Below are positions 14,433 to 26,540 of a DNA stretch of 64,000 bases, in pieces (the stretch's first letter is position 1; each line of letters opens with the position of its first letter). Position numbers and translations under genes: made by a program. The notes below the pieces were generated by a model that was not told the DNA's origin, made no database searches, and worked only from the letters and a program-made list of their open reading frames with translations. Origin of the DNA: Lepidodermella squamata (taxonomy: Eukaryota > Animalia > Gastrotricha); contig JBLDXI010000016.1 in the NCBI GenBank assembly GCA_047495785.1, forward strand, positions 992,001 to 1,056,000. The letters run 5' to 3'.

Positions 14433-16314
14433 TCGTGGTTCGCATAAATCTCTCAGGCTGCTTACATGGTTGAAATGCGGAGATTCTTTTCCATCTCCAG
14501 GCATAAGAGCTTGTATTTAATGCCAAGTGGTTCATACCTGTTGTGTTCAGCTTGGAACCTTTCCTTATTAGTCAAACATGAGAACACACGGTTTGCCGGA
14601 GAATTTTTTTAGCCGCAAGAAAAACTACACTTACACGCTTGGAAATCGTACGCACACACCCATTTATTCCTCAAAAACTGGAGGCTGCAGCCGTCCAACT
14701 TAATCGTCAATGACATGCCAATTTTCCTTAAATTTTCGCGCCGAGAAGCTCCGCGGATGGTGACTCATTTGTTTAGATGATCTTCATCGCCCACAGATCG
14801 TTAAATAATCGTAATTAGTAACCAAAGTATGTGGTCAAAATAACGTATGAGGGAAAAGTGTCGCAAATTAAAAATTAAAATAATCACGATTCTAATAGAG
14901 CAGAAATTCCCAATTTCGACTCGGCGAGCCAACTTCTAACTGAAGTGACTTGTATTCCGACAATTTTCACGCGAATCATCGAAACAAGAAAACTGTTTTA
15001 TCTGGGCTTTCATGTGGGCCCACCGGCTAATAGACCGAAAACGAGTCATTATGCTGCTTTCATTCATAATTCTCATTTCCCCGCCAATTTACGAAAGGGC
15101 AGGTAATTATGGACAAAACCATGTTTTTCGAGGACTGGAAAGTCAATCGTAATTCAGAAACGGAATATCTTTTAGTGGAACGAAATTTACGGTGAGCGCA
15201 ACCTAATTTGCTGTAGCGGAACCAAATTCGAAATATGCCAAGAGTCATTTTTTGAATATTTCTACGAATATTAGGCTAAAAGCATACATTCTGAAATGAA
15301 CAGTCCGTCTTATAGAGAATATTGCCCTGAATTTACTGGTGAATTTTCTAGAATTATTGTGGCCAATCTTGACCTGCGATATATATTTGAAAAGCGATTT
15401 CAGGCCACTAGAAAAGTCTACAATTTGGTTCCGCTAACAGCAAATTTGGTTCCGCTAACAGGAGGACCCATTCACAAATCGACAAGAGGTGTGTAAGGTG
15501 AGCCTCGATTTATCGGTAAAATTTGGTGACTTTACGATCTTTACCTGATTTTTGGCGATCGAAAACATGTAAGGCTCAAGTTGGACAATTGGCGGGCAAT
15601 TCACGCTCATTTGCATATGTAAGGGCATAGTGGGTTTTAAGTTTCTGTTAAGTTCTAGGTGTTAAGTTACTGTTTCTTAGTTTTGGGTCAACATTAGAAG
15701 ATATTTAAGAGCAAGATCGCGCATCATCTGTTTTCCGAAGAAATCGAGAAAGATACATTTTTGCTCAGCCGCATTTATGCACGTCCAAAATTACCAGATT
15801 TTTCATGACCTTCAGGTGAAAGCCCTGCAAAAATCAATCGTTGGATCTTCGTTTTTCTTTCGATAACTGAAAGAGCAACGCCATGCCAATTTTCGTCCCA
15901 AAATGATCATTTGTTTGAGAGATAAGAGGGGGTCCTAAATCGAAATTTGAGTTACCTTGCTTATAACATACATTAAAAATCAAGTATTGCTTCAATCACT
16001 TCGGGACATGCGCCATTCGAAAGCTCAAGAGATGGGAATTGTATCCAACAATTCCTGTGTGTTGTTGTTGTTCGGCGTTACACCTTCAAAGTCGGAGTGT
16101 CCAAAATTACCATGTCCAAATTTATCCTGCGCTACGGTATTGAAACATCAGTGCTAAATTATCTTCGCAACTTCTGACTTCCCAAGTGAAGAAGCCATGT
16201 CCAAAGTTAGAATTAAGTGCAAAATCCAATGTTAAATATGAATAAAATGTTCACAAAAGTAAAGACAAGTAGACAAGTAGACAAGTAGAGAAATGTGAGT
16301 TTTTATTATAATTA

Positions 16315-16318
16315 TTAT

Positions 16319-16356
<38 letters not shown>

Positions 16357-17618
16357 CTTATGTGATCCATATTTCTGCTTGCATTCATCATCATCGGTAT
16401 CCGGTAGTTGATTATGGCAAGCGTCAAAACTTGGCTGTATTATGCAATAATCCGCGGTGAGATCTGCAGCCCTGACTGGTTTCGACTCGTCCGCGTAGTT
16501 GAGCGCAATTATCTCGCCGAAAAAGTTGTAGTAGTGAACGAAAGCCGCCAGGAATATGTTCATGTTCTCACCATTCGCCTTCAGCCGCTCTTCGTTTATC
16601 CACGTAATAAACCTGCGAGTCGTGCAGGCACCCATTGCCTCTAGATAACTGCCGGCTGTCTTCAGCTTTTCTGATAACATTTCCATAGACGGTTCTGCCA
16701 CGCCTGGCAAGACGAAAAAACTCGGATCGTCCGCAGTTCGCGACTTGAGAGCCTGCAATTTATTAATTATTTCAAGCCTAATTCTTGCTTTATATTTTAT
16801 ACCGCTGTCCACTTTTCCTCGAGCTTACTATTTTCCTTGTAATAAGCTGGTAACTTGGTGTAGTAATCGCTAATGGCGCCCGAGTAAGACAGCCATGCTA
16901 TGGAACTAGCTGGACCTGCTGGTCTTTCGTAAAAAATGATAATTTGATGCCCCGCAGCTGTCATTTTGCTCAGGCTCATCGAACTCGGTCCATTCGGGTA
17001 ATCACTTGGCTTTGCGATCATATAGCCAAAGTAGATGTAGAGTTTCTTTAAAAACGCGACATGATCCGACCAAGATATGCCATTGAAATAGTTGAACTTT
17101 AGCAAAACAACTTCGCCAGGGTATGACTTAAGAAATTCTCTAATGGCGCCGAATACCTCAGCGCTGAACATGTCCTGCGAATGGTGGAGGTATCGAGTCA
17201 AATTAATTCCCCCATCGTTTTGGGCCGCGACAGGAAGATCAAAATACCGGATGCCGAAGTTTAGTTGGTCGGATAATGAATGCTCCTGCGCTATGCTCCA
17301 CTGTTTTAGCCGGCAGGTATATTCTAGTTCTTGGTACATTTTTCTAGCCGAGTAGATTTCGCGGTAGTAATGCGTCATTTCTTTGTAGGGAGAATCCGTA
17401 TCCGTCGCAGTGTCGATGCTACTTGAAAAGGATGCATATGAGCCAGGAATAGCTAATTTAGTCAAAGGCATGTCCCGTAGCCTCTCAGGTAAATTAGTCA
17501 TCCATTCGGTGAGTGAAGCGTTCGTCAAGCACGCGGGTGGAAGCTTCCCAGCTTTACTTGCCAGAACAAGAGCTAACAGCAAGGTAGAATAAATTACGTT
17601 GCATATTGGTAGCTTCAT
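16315..17618 (-). CDS. Secreted PLCXD-like protein, paralog 2 (2 exons, poly-Asp tail)
   Basis: Signal peptide MKLPICNV...; EWMTNLP, AIPGSYA, QL..GIRYFDL, PGEVVLL motifs; 50-nt intron 16753-16802; C-terminal D11E. Confidence 0.85.
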
Positions 17619-18592
17619 TCCTTCTATAATGCATTGAACCCTTTTCTGCGTCGGCTTTAAAATGTTGCCTGTTTTAAACATCTCACTTGGTGAATCACAC
17701 ACGCAGATTAAGCTTGCATGGATTAAAAGAGAAATACGCGAAGTATCAAGCAATTTTAGTCTTGAAGGTTTTCTAGTTCAGGCTTTTTCCTGCATTAATA
17801 CAAGTTTCAAAAGGTCCTGATAACACCTAGATTCCGAATAGCCCCATGCACCAGAAAAATTTCATCCTTCATGTACCGAAATCATCCTTCATGGGAAACT
17901 GAGTTCGTAGGCACTGAAATAATTCCAGAAAAAACCGAAATTAAGGCCGCAATTTTCGGGCAGTAATACCAGATTGTTCATGATCTAGATGAGCAAAATT
18001 ATTAGGTCTAGCTGTACTAGCTGTCTGGCTGATGGCGATACCCAAAGTGCAAAGTGCAATGGGAAATCCTGGCGAGGGTTCCGATAGTACCGCAGAGGTA
18101 CCCGTGTTACGGGACCTTTAGGACTTGAAGGTCATCCTTTGCACGTGTCGGTTGACTCATATATTGATGACATATATACCAGAGACAAAACTTAGTGGAT
18201 TTGCCCTCATAGGTGGGTTCCATAATTATTACGATTTCGCTTTTCCCCGCCTGTCACAACGTTTCATAATTCTTCAACATGCTTGGCTGTTAACGCGATC
18301 TAAAATGATCAAATGAGCAAGTTTGAAAACAGTCTTGTCTGAAGATGAGGAATCTTCTTCATACCAAATTTTCTAGCCAAAGTTTTCAAGTTCAAGTTGG
18401 TTAAAGCTTTAGCTATCGATAACGCTGAGAACGAACTTGAACTTCTTCCGAAATTTTTATCCAAAAAAGCTCATCTGAAAAAGTTTTCTGATACCCTTAG
18501 ATGACGTGGGGAACTCTTATTTATTGATAAATAATGAAGCTTAAGACAGTAACCTTGAACGATATAAGAGCACCGAGAACCTAAAGACATGA

Positions 18593-19807
18593 TCACCCGG
18601 CCAACATGTAGCTGAAATAAATTATGTCTGAAACTATGACGGATATCGTTGAAATAGCGGCTATCGTTATGTCGGCGATTCGCAAAGTAGACAGCTTAAA
18701 GCCATGCCTGAAACATTTGATCTGGATCTTTCTAGCACTCTCCTTGTAGGTGATTCCAAGTTGCCAGATTAAAATCATGTAAACGGTGATGAGGCCACCG
18801 ATCGCGAACTTGGTTATAACCATATAAACCAGGTAAACAGGTTCTGAGGTCGGCGGTATTTGCTCGTATATCATCGTTAGGATTACCGTGTAAGCCAGCA
18901 TAACCGTAACACATAGATTGGACCTTTCTCCTGATTCGGGCTGCACGATAAGTGACGCCATCTGCACGACGAAAAGCAGCATTGTTGGTAGGAATGTATT
19001 GCAGATGTAGAAGAAGGATTTCCTCTTGTAAAGCATTGAGAAATACACTCGGCTGAAGGAGATATTGCTCTCGAGAGATTTCACCATAACTTGCCGAGGC
19101 AGTAGATTCTTGAGCTCCCATAGTTCCGCATCTCTTATGAATATCGTGGCTGAGCTTTTGTCGACAGCCAGCGAAAACGGGTCGTACATGACCAAGTTAT
19201 CATCTGAATCCATCAAGATCGAGCAGTTCAACGAATCGAATGGGAATAGGCTGAATTGAAATGTTTTACATGCTGAGTCAAATCGCGCAAAGTGAGACAA
19301 ATAAGCCTCGGAAGTTAGTGGATACATTCGCATTGGCAATGCTGAAATTTCATCAGCTGATAGACGAGCCTTCTCGAATGCATTCATATGGGTCAGTATT
19401 GGGTACCAATAGTCCTGTGTCGATACCGTAAAATGCATGTCTGTAATGTTGCAAATGGCCAAATCGTCGCCGTCCAATAGATCCTGGCAGTCGATGTTTG
19501 GACACGGGTATTTCCAAAAGTACTTGATTTCTCCGGAAACTGATAGCCGTCGGTCGATGTCGCTGATTTCGATAAATCGGAATAAAGACAAGGCAACCCT
19601 CACAGTGATAAAGTTGTCATTATTTCGTCCCGTCAATCGGTTCCAGCGAATGGTCTCAAGCGGCAGATATTTTGATCGCGCAGCTGGGCATAGCTCGAAG
19701 AAGCGGGCCTCCATTCGCTCATGTAGGGTGGTCGAATTGCTGGCCACTTCTTCGCTGTGAGTTGCCAGAGGCAAGAAGTGAACGATCCAAGCAAATCTTA
19801 TCATCAT
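18593..19807 (-). CDS. Intronless divergent Cys-loop ligand-gated ion channel subunit
   Basis: 404-aa ORF with signal peptide, YWYP, Cys-loop CKTFQFSLFPFDSLNC, KRKSFFYICNTFLP (pre-M1), PESGER-M2, IPPTS and four TM helices. No vicinal loop-C cysteines. Confidence 0.85.
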   Translation of the reverse strand: MMIRFAWIVHFLPLATHSEEVASNSTTLHERMEARFFELCPAARSKYLPLETIRWNRLTGRNNDNFITVRVALSLFRFIEISDIDRRLSVSGEIKYFWKYPCPNIDCQDLLDGDDLAICNITDMHFTVSTQDYWYPILTHMNAFEKARLSADEISALPMRMYPLTSEAYLSHFARFDSACKTFQFSLFPFDSLNCSILMDSDDNLVMYDPFSLAVDKSSATIFIRDAELWELKNLLPRQVMVKSLESNISFSRVYFSMLYKRKSFFYICNTFLPTMLLFVVQMASLIVQPESGERSNLCVTVMLAYTVILTMIYEQIPPTSEPVYLVYMVITKFAIGGLITVYMILIWQLGITYKESARKIQIKCFRHGFKLSTLRIADITIAAISTISVIVSDIIYFSYMLAG

Positions 19808-21212
19808 AGAGAACCTAGTGAGTCATAAATCGAACCTTATAATATGATATTAAAATGGGCCATTTTAATAGGCCTAGACTAGGTATTTCGTTGTAAATCG
19901 CGATTCATATCCTCATTCATATGGGTACATGCGAGAAATCTGGAGCCTTTTTGGGGGTATTAACCCTTTCACAGCCGAAGAGAAAATAGTTGACAGCATA
20001 TCACAGACACAGGTTTTCGAAAGCTTTGATTACGATTTTGAAACCCGCTGTCACCGTTAAGACTTTGCGAAAAGTGGACAAAATCGCCCTATCGGCCCAG
20101 CTGATTCGGCCCAGGCGATTTTTTGAGCACCCTGTTTTCTACATCAGATGTTTTCAACATAACATTTTTAGATTCTAAATTACTCCCATGAAGGTCCCTA
20201 ACGTCTAACATCTCTAGCCTAACACTGCCTAAAACAGCACTTCGCCTGCGCCGATAGGGAGATTTCGACCACTTAACTAAAATCAAAGCGGCTCCGTTAG
20301 TCTTTATCGAAAGTTGATAAAAATGTGCATACGAGTCAATGAAACTATGCCGGACACTGTATTATTTTTTATTGACCTTGACCGGATGATAAAACCGGGT
20401 TACCTTACATTTTAAATTGAAAAAAAAACATTTTTAAATGACTAAATGACTTTTAAAGCTATAGTTTGAGATAGCGTGTGTGAGATAGCGGTGTGAGATA
20501 GCGGTCTGATTGTTTCAAATTCTTGTTGCTAAGATCGAAAAGAAATATTTCTCGAATATATGTCGGGATATATATGTAAAGCATTCAAGATAAGCAAAGA
20601 ATTTACCTACATATCGTTTTCGTCTTTGAAGACATCGGATTTCAGCATATTTACATTGTTAACTATGAAGTGACAGGTGACAAGTATAACTTCTTCGTTT
20701 TTGCCTGTTTATTCACGTTGAAAAACATTCAGACACCGCTTTTTACTTATTTGTCAGCTGCCGCGCTATAATTATCGTTAACAAGCTTGAATCTGAATTT
20801 TCCAAACATCCTAACGATATGGCAAATATAATAATGTTCTGCTGGAGCAGAGAGCTGGAAAACATTCGATGCCATTTTGTTCTGGAAAAGCACACATTTC
20901 ATAATGTTGCTCCTTGGGAAGAGTCATTTTTAGCTCGGAATATTTCGGAGAAATTCGGTTTGCAGGCAGCTTAGCATGTATCCCAGCTCTGTTCTAGATG
21001 TCGAGCTACTTTCAACGCCAGCAATTTCAATTTCATGTGGTATTTCGATTGCTCTGACTTACCTTGACGAATTCCGATTAGCAACTAGGTACTAGATACC
21101 CAGTTGAATCTCGCTTGATGCAAGTATTTATTATTTTATTAGAATCGAGAACAATAACCTAAAACATCGATGCGTATTACAAAGCTTATTACAAGCAAAA
21201 AATAAATTTACA

Positions 21213-21788
21213 TTATTTTTTATTTTTTTTATTCAATAATGAATTGATAGAATTGAGTAAATCGATCAAAAAAAGATTCTTGATACGTTGCGCCACTGTA
21301 TTCGTTGAAGAATGATTGAACCTGTCATTTGCTGCATTTTCACTTCGCTGCAATTCTTCAATAGTCATTCCTAGATCAGGAACATAGATTCCATCTTTAT
21401 ACTTCAAGCATTCAGCAATGACCGGCCGCTGGTTAGGACATAGGTGGAAATTAGTCTGTAGTATGCAATTATCCGGCGTCAGATCTGCCGCGATGACTGG
21501 CTTCGGCTCATCCATGTAATTTAGGGCGATGACCTCGCCGAAAAGCTGTAGTAGTGAACGAAAGCCGCCACGAATGCGTTGACTGTCGACCTGCCAAAAA
21601 CCTCAAGCCATTAGCTTTGCGATCCAGTTCGTAAATCTTCGAGTATTGCGAACGCCCGTTGTTTCCAAATAACTGCCTGTTTTATTCAGAAGAATAAGGT
21701 ACTCAAATTCTCCAAATTCTCCAAGGGTTTCACAACTCCTGTCAAAATATGTCTCGTCTCGTTTAACGCAGTTTGGCGCCCGTCTCAA
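21213..21788 (-). pseudogene. PLCXD-like exon-2 remnant, frameshifted, exon 1 missing
   Basis: GSYLETTGVRNTRRFTNWI and MDEPKPVIAADLTPDNC match exon 2 of the 12269 paralog across frames. No exon 1 before the U1 gene. Confidence 0.8.
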
Positions 21789-21845
21789 ATTTCCGGTATT
21801 TTTTCCATTCCGCGGTTTTTACGGATTTCATTTTTCGTGATTTTA

Positions 21846-22004
21846 CGGGTGTGGCGCGAACGCCGGTACCCAAGTGAAATATTTTGCACCCGACTCCACC
21901 GATGAGGCAGAGCGCAGGGGTCAGCGGACCGCAGTGCAATGGCCCGCCTCGCCCTGGGGCGACCGACTTGCTGAGCTCGGTTCATCCCAGTGCCAGGTAA
22001 GTTT
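21846..22004 (-). ncRNA. U1: U1 snRNA (variant Sm site)
   Basis: 5' AAACUUACCUGG, U1A loop AUUGCAC, four-way junction colinear with metazoan U1, terminal GCG-UUCG-CGC hairpin; 159 nt. Confidence 0.95.
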
Positions 22005-22120
22005 AGTGGCCAAAGGTCCACGCGATCGACCCCACTTGGCAGTTGGACCATAAGTGGCTACTGAAATCGTTTGGTTATTCCTATTTAAATCGAAATTCTG
22101 ATAAAAAATATTGCGACAGT

Positions 22121-22192
22121 TAGCAGAGCGTAGTTTCGATCTACAGACCTCTGGGTTATGGGCCCAGCGCGCTTCCACTGCGCCACTCTGCT
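22121..22192 (-). tRNA. tRNA-iMet(CAT)
   Basis: AGCAGAGTGGCGCAG..., A1:U72 pair, GGG/CCC anticodon stem, AUCG T-loop. Confidence 0.95.
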
Positions 22193-22261
22193 TGTCTGAA
22201 GAAGGAATGAATTACTCGATCGTTGTTTTTGAAGTTGTCGAGAATTTGAATGAAAAAATGA

Positions 22262-22343
22262 TGGCAGCGGTGGGGTTCGAACCCACGCCTCCGAAGAGAC
22301 TAGAGCCTAAATCTAGCGCCTTAGACCACTCGGCCACGCTACC
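22262..22343 (-). tRNA. tRNA-Leu(TAG)
   Basis: 82-nt cloverleaf with long variable arm. Confidence 0.95.
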
Positions 22344-22496
22344 TTGATAGAAAAATAACCTTGAGAAAAAATCGGAAACTCCAAGTGAAACCTTTGCGAG
22401 CTTTGCGAGCTACTGACCAATGCATTCGGGGAAATTTCTTAATTTTACGTTATTTGCAGCTAATTAATAACGCTGCAGATTGTGGCGGAAAAAGTA

Positions 22497-22569
22497 TGGA
22501 GGATACGGGCGTCGATCCCGTTACCTCTCGCATGCTAAGCGAGCGCTCTACCATTTGAGCTAATCCCCC
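22497..22569 (-). tRNA. tRNA-Ala(AGC)
   Basis: G3:U70, anticodon AGC. Confidence 0.95.
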
Positions 22570-22638
22570 TTCGAGATCTTCGACTTCTTGGCAGCAGGTT
22601 GATCACATAAACGAGGTACTCTCGGTAAAAAAAGCTTG

Positions 22639-22711
22639 CGCCCTCCGGGGGACTCGAACCCCCGACCCTGTGATTAAAAGTCACATGCTCTACCGACTGA
22701 GCTAGGAAGGC
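22639..22711 (-). tRNA. tRNA-Lys(TTT)
   Basis: Cloverleaf, anticodon loop CTTTTAA. Confidence 0.95.
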
Positions 22712-23030
22712 CCTTAGAATGCGAAGCAGATTGATGGCGAATGTGTGAAATCAGCAAAATTGAAATAAAACTGAATCTACTGATTTGCTCTGTCGGTAAT
22801 TAGGGACAACAAAGTGATTGTCCAGCGGCACCTATACAGCTAGATTTACCTATTCGTTGTTTTTTTTCCTAATTCTGCTATTGTTGTTAACAAAAACTAG
22901 ATCCTCTTTCTGTGTCATCGGTCATGCGCTACCTGCAGACCATCGCTTTTATAAAATAAAATGATCATTGTTGTGTTGAAGCCTGCTACTGAAAATTGAA
23001 AATAAACAAAAATAATACAAAAGGAGAAAA

Positions 23031-23103
23031 TGACGCTGATGGGACTCGAACCCACAATCTTCGGATCCGAAGTCCGACGCGATAGCCATTTCGCCACAGC
23101 GCC
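23031..23103 (-). tRNA. tRNA-Arg(TCG)
   Basis: Cloverleaf, anticodon loop CTTCGGA. Confidence 0.9.
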
Positions 23104-23213
23104 TCTCTTATCAGTTGCAGCCTATGGAAGGTTTCAATCTCGCTGTGATTGTGTTTGCTCGAAGCTAAAAAACGGTCTGTTGATTTGCAAATGACCGAAA
23201 GGTTGGTCAAACA

Positions 23214-23297
23214 GTCAGGATGGCCGAGCGGTCTAAGGCGCCAGACTCAAGATCTGGTCCTCGAAAGAGGGCGTGGGTTCGAACCCCACTTCTGACA
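23214..23297 (+). tRNA. tRNA-Leu(CAA), intronless
   Basis: GTCAGGATGGCCGAG..., anticodon loop CTCAAGA. Confidence 0.95.
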
Positions 23298-23355
23298 CCA
23301 TTTTTGACCGACTTTTTCTAGTAATTTCCGATTAATAATGCAAAAAAGTGGCCAC

Positions 23356-23427
23356 TGGAGGCATCGGGGATTGAACCCGAGACCTTCACAATGCGAATGA
23401 GACGCTCTACCACTGAGCTATGCCCCC
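23356..23427 (-). tRNA. tRNA-Ala(CGC)
   Basis: G3:U70, anticodon loop TTCGCAT. Confidence 0.9.
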
Positions 23428-23503
23428 TAGGCTGATCTGATAATTAGTTTAACACTCGTTAGGTCCGCATGAGTGTTGATTGTCTTGCCTAAAAACGTAG
23501 CCA

Positions 23504-23562
23504 AGGTCCCATCGAGAATCGAACTCGAGTCGCTGGATTCAGAGTCCAGAGTGCTAACCGCT
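23504..23562 (-). pseudogene. tRNA-Gln(CTG) pseudogene, 5'-deleted
   Basis: Matches the 50462 gene but lacks the first ~13 nt (5' acceptor strand and part of the A box). Confidence 0.85.
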
Positions 23563-23646
23563 CGAACATTGGCTTCGGCAACGTCAGCTTTAACCTTTAC
23601 TAGTAAAGTGCTTGCTATACTCTTGAACGTGGGCAATAATAACGTG

Positions 23647-23718
23647 TGCGTCAGCCGGGAGTCGAACCCGGATCGGCTGCTTGGAAGGCAACCATGCTGA
23701 CCGTTACACCACTGACGC
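23647..23718 (-). tRNA. tRNA-Gly(TCC)
   Basis: Cloverleaf, anticodon loop CTTCCAA. Confidence 0.95.
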
Positions 23719-23792
23719 CTCATGAATGTGAGGACTATTATCGAAGGGAACTGTTGCAGCATTCAGATATCCAATCAGTTTGCAAAAATGTT

Positions 23793-23874
23793 CGTCGCCA
23801 GTAGGATTTGAACCTACGCGCGGAGACCGCATCTGATTTCTAGTCAGACCCCTTAACCACTCGGGCATAGCGAC
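23793..23874 (-). tRNA. tRNA-Ser(AGA)
   Basis: Long variable arm, G73, anticodon loop CTAGAAA. Confidence 0.95.
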
Positions 23875-24034
23875 TAGCTGAAATACCAGTTGATCAGCTG
23901 GCTCAATATTGCAAGCTACAACATAAAGAAACTTGTATCCTAATTACCCGTGTCACGAATGGCTTCAAATATTTGCCCACTGCCTGCTGAAATTAGTTTG
24001 AGTTTCGGTTTCGCCGTAGCTGATAGCAAAATGA

Positions 24035-24116
24035 TGGCAGCGGTGGGGTTCGAACCCACGCCTCCGAAGAGACTAGAGCCTAAATCTAGCGCCTTAGACC
24101 ACTCGGCCACGCTACC
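24035..24116 (-). tRNA. tRNA-Leu(TAG)
   Basis: Identical to the 22262 copy. Confidence 0.95.
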
Positions 24117-26277
24117 TCGGCGATATTTCAAGAAGTCATATGCTTAGATATATTTCTATTTGATTTCAAAGGTTTGAAAGAAACACTGAGATTCAGGACA
24201 TGACTCATCGAAATTGTATTACCCATCCTCAAAGATTTCATGCAAAGAGCGAGATGCTCTAAGACCCATTTCGAAGCTGAATAATTCGGAGAAAGCGAAA
24301 CCGAAGGTGCGGAATCATTCTGGAAAGCAAAGCGTAGCTTGTAAGTCTCCATTAGATATTTCATATTTTAGCTGCTCTGTCAACAATGCTCGGTAGAGAG
24401 TAATTTAGTCAGAAGCGGAACTTGGACAAGAATCTCGTTTTAATTTTAGCAGCCTTTTTTCTTGTTGTTACTCATTTCGCCACTCCAATTTCAAGACAAC
24501 TTGACTACTTTGTCACTTCAGTTTGACCGGTGCTTGTTGTCCCAATGATCTAGCTATAGGTTTGCTCGCTAATAGTGTAGCTTTTTTATTAGCGTTACTT
24601 TAATTAGCTAAAACACGGAAATTTGCTTGGACGCAGAGTAATTGAACCTTCATCACAGCATTTCATCAGTCCGTGAAAATGTAATTCAACCGGCTGGATT
24701 GGCCGTGACGCTTTCAAGTCGCCGTGTCACTTATATGTTCTGCGCCGCCAATTGGTTTTTAGTGGTGTCGAAAAAAGCAAGCGTTATTACTGCCGCTGAA
24801 AGTGAGCCACCGCAACAAGTGCGCGCATTTATAAGACTATATAGGTATAATATTATAAGACTAGCTAAGCACTTATCATCTCACGCGCGCGAAAGAGCGC
24901 GATGACACGAAAAATGACAGACACACTGAGCCACCGCAGCAGTGGGTGATATGCCAGCAGCAGTTTGTGTTTCTATAAACGCAACACAACAATAACTAAC
25001 AGCGTGTGTCTGATGCAGAAAAAAGCAGGGAAAATTGCGAAATAATGGCTTCTCGCAGGGTATAATTTTTGCAGCAGGCCTAATAAGCGCTTGTGTGATG
25101 CGCGGCAGTTAAAAACTAGCCGCTGTTAATTGTACACATGAGCGCCACAGTTTGACGCAAATATTTTCTGTGTGTTATTGTTTTTTTTTCTCTTCTGAAC
25201 TTTGCTCGAGGGTGAACGGAAACTAATTTGGCGATGCGGATTGGTGCGCTTCTTTTCGCTTCGATTCACCTTACATCGGCGTTTTTCTGGGGTAAATTTA
25301 ATAATTAACACGTTCAAATTACTATTGTCGATAAATCGGCCGATGCTTGGCTCTAATTACCCAAATAATAATTATTTCGCATTATTGACATTGCATCTTC
25401 TTAGTAAGAAGGCCAGTGATAGCTTTCATTTTTTCCAACTTCAACTTTAATTAATGGGGTAATATTGCTATTAAAACGTAACCAGACTCGCGCAATACTT
25501 TCGATTTTCGGAAATTAAAAAAAACGCATGGATCGTAATCTCTATATAAATAAATAGTTTGGTTCTTTTTGGACGAGAATTATGATTTGGCAAAGTAAAC
25601 TTTTCTCTATAATAGTCAATCGGCAAGAATTTGGATAGAAATATCGAACGTAGGGGATTTTCGCTCTGGGTCAAAATATTTGCGCCACTGAAATTGAGGT
25701 TCCAGAGTCTACTCTTCCAATTCTGGGTGATTTCGGGCTTTTCCTTTCTTTTCCAATATTGAAGCCCCTCATGATCCATGACCCTATGATATTTAATTAT
25801 ATAGCTACATGGTATTATTATGGTATAAGGTAGAAACATTTTCGATATTGGCTTCCAAGACTTCGAATATCGGAAAAATCACTGAATTTTGAAATCGATA
25901 CTTGGAACTGATATCGGCCTGCATGCTGAAGTAGCGTTCATATGGCCAAATACGCGTGACATTTGCAGCTTGGGCAAATGATACAAAATTCAAACCTGAA
26001 TCTTGAAAATCTAGTGCACGCGCATCAAATTTTAGCGCTGGAACCCTGAACTAGAACTGAACTTTGGGTGTTGACTTGGCACATCCATTCGCATTTGATT
26101 CGGCTGCATTTCCAATTATTTATCAGAGGCTACATTTTCCATGAATCTTTACAAGTTGGTTAGCTTTGAGCTTTGAGGCAACTTCTGATTGAAGATTCAT
26201 AAAGTCTGAAATTGTGTGACTTGGACTGTAAGGTTGGAAAGAGGAGTGCCATAGGGTATTAGAATGTCTTGCAACTA

Positions 26278-26540
26278 CAGGGTGTCTCATAAGGAACGCA
26301 ACGGATAAAAGGAAAAAGTATCGAAAAGTCTAAATCCATTTGACCACGGTAAAATACCGAAAATTACCGAAAATTACCGAAAATTACCGAACCATTCCCA
26401 TTGTGTTTTTCTTCGGATTTTCTTCGGTAGGTAAGAGATACGAAATAATTATAGTTAGCTAAAATGTAGTAAAACTACTAAAATTTTCTACAATTAGTTG
26501 AAAACTCAGAAAGTAGTTGCGCAACTTATCAGACACCCTG
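26278..26540. mobile_element. Tc1/mariner-type MITE with internal (AAATTACCGA)n tandem
   Basis: TIRs CAGGGTGTCTCATAAG..GCAAC / GTTGCG..CTTATCAGACACCCTG; TA on the left flank only. Confidence 0.6.

Noticed and set aside
21785-22347. Repeated ORFs such as MVQLPSGVDRVDLWP... and MEARWAHNPEVC... (also at 34.5, 45.3, 57.4 and 61.0 kb)
   Set aside because: They overlap U1 and tRNA genes. Their conservation reflects RNA structure and their ends vary freely.
23295-23300. CCA after tRNA-Leu(CAA) suggesting a bacterial origin
   Set aside because: Absent in the 39045 copy, and the tRNAs are eukaryotic in type.
26331-26392. Short tandem repeats as a CRISPR-like array
   Set aside because: Direct 10-bp tandem units with no spacers, in a eukaryotic context with no cas genes.
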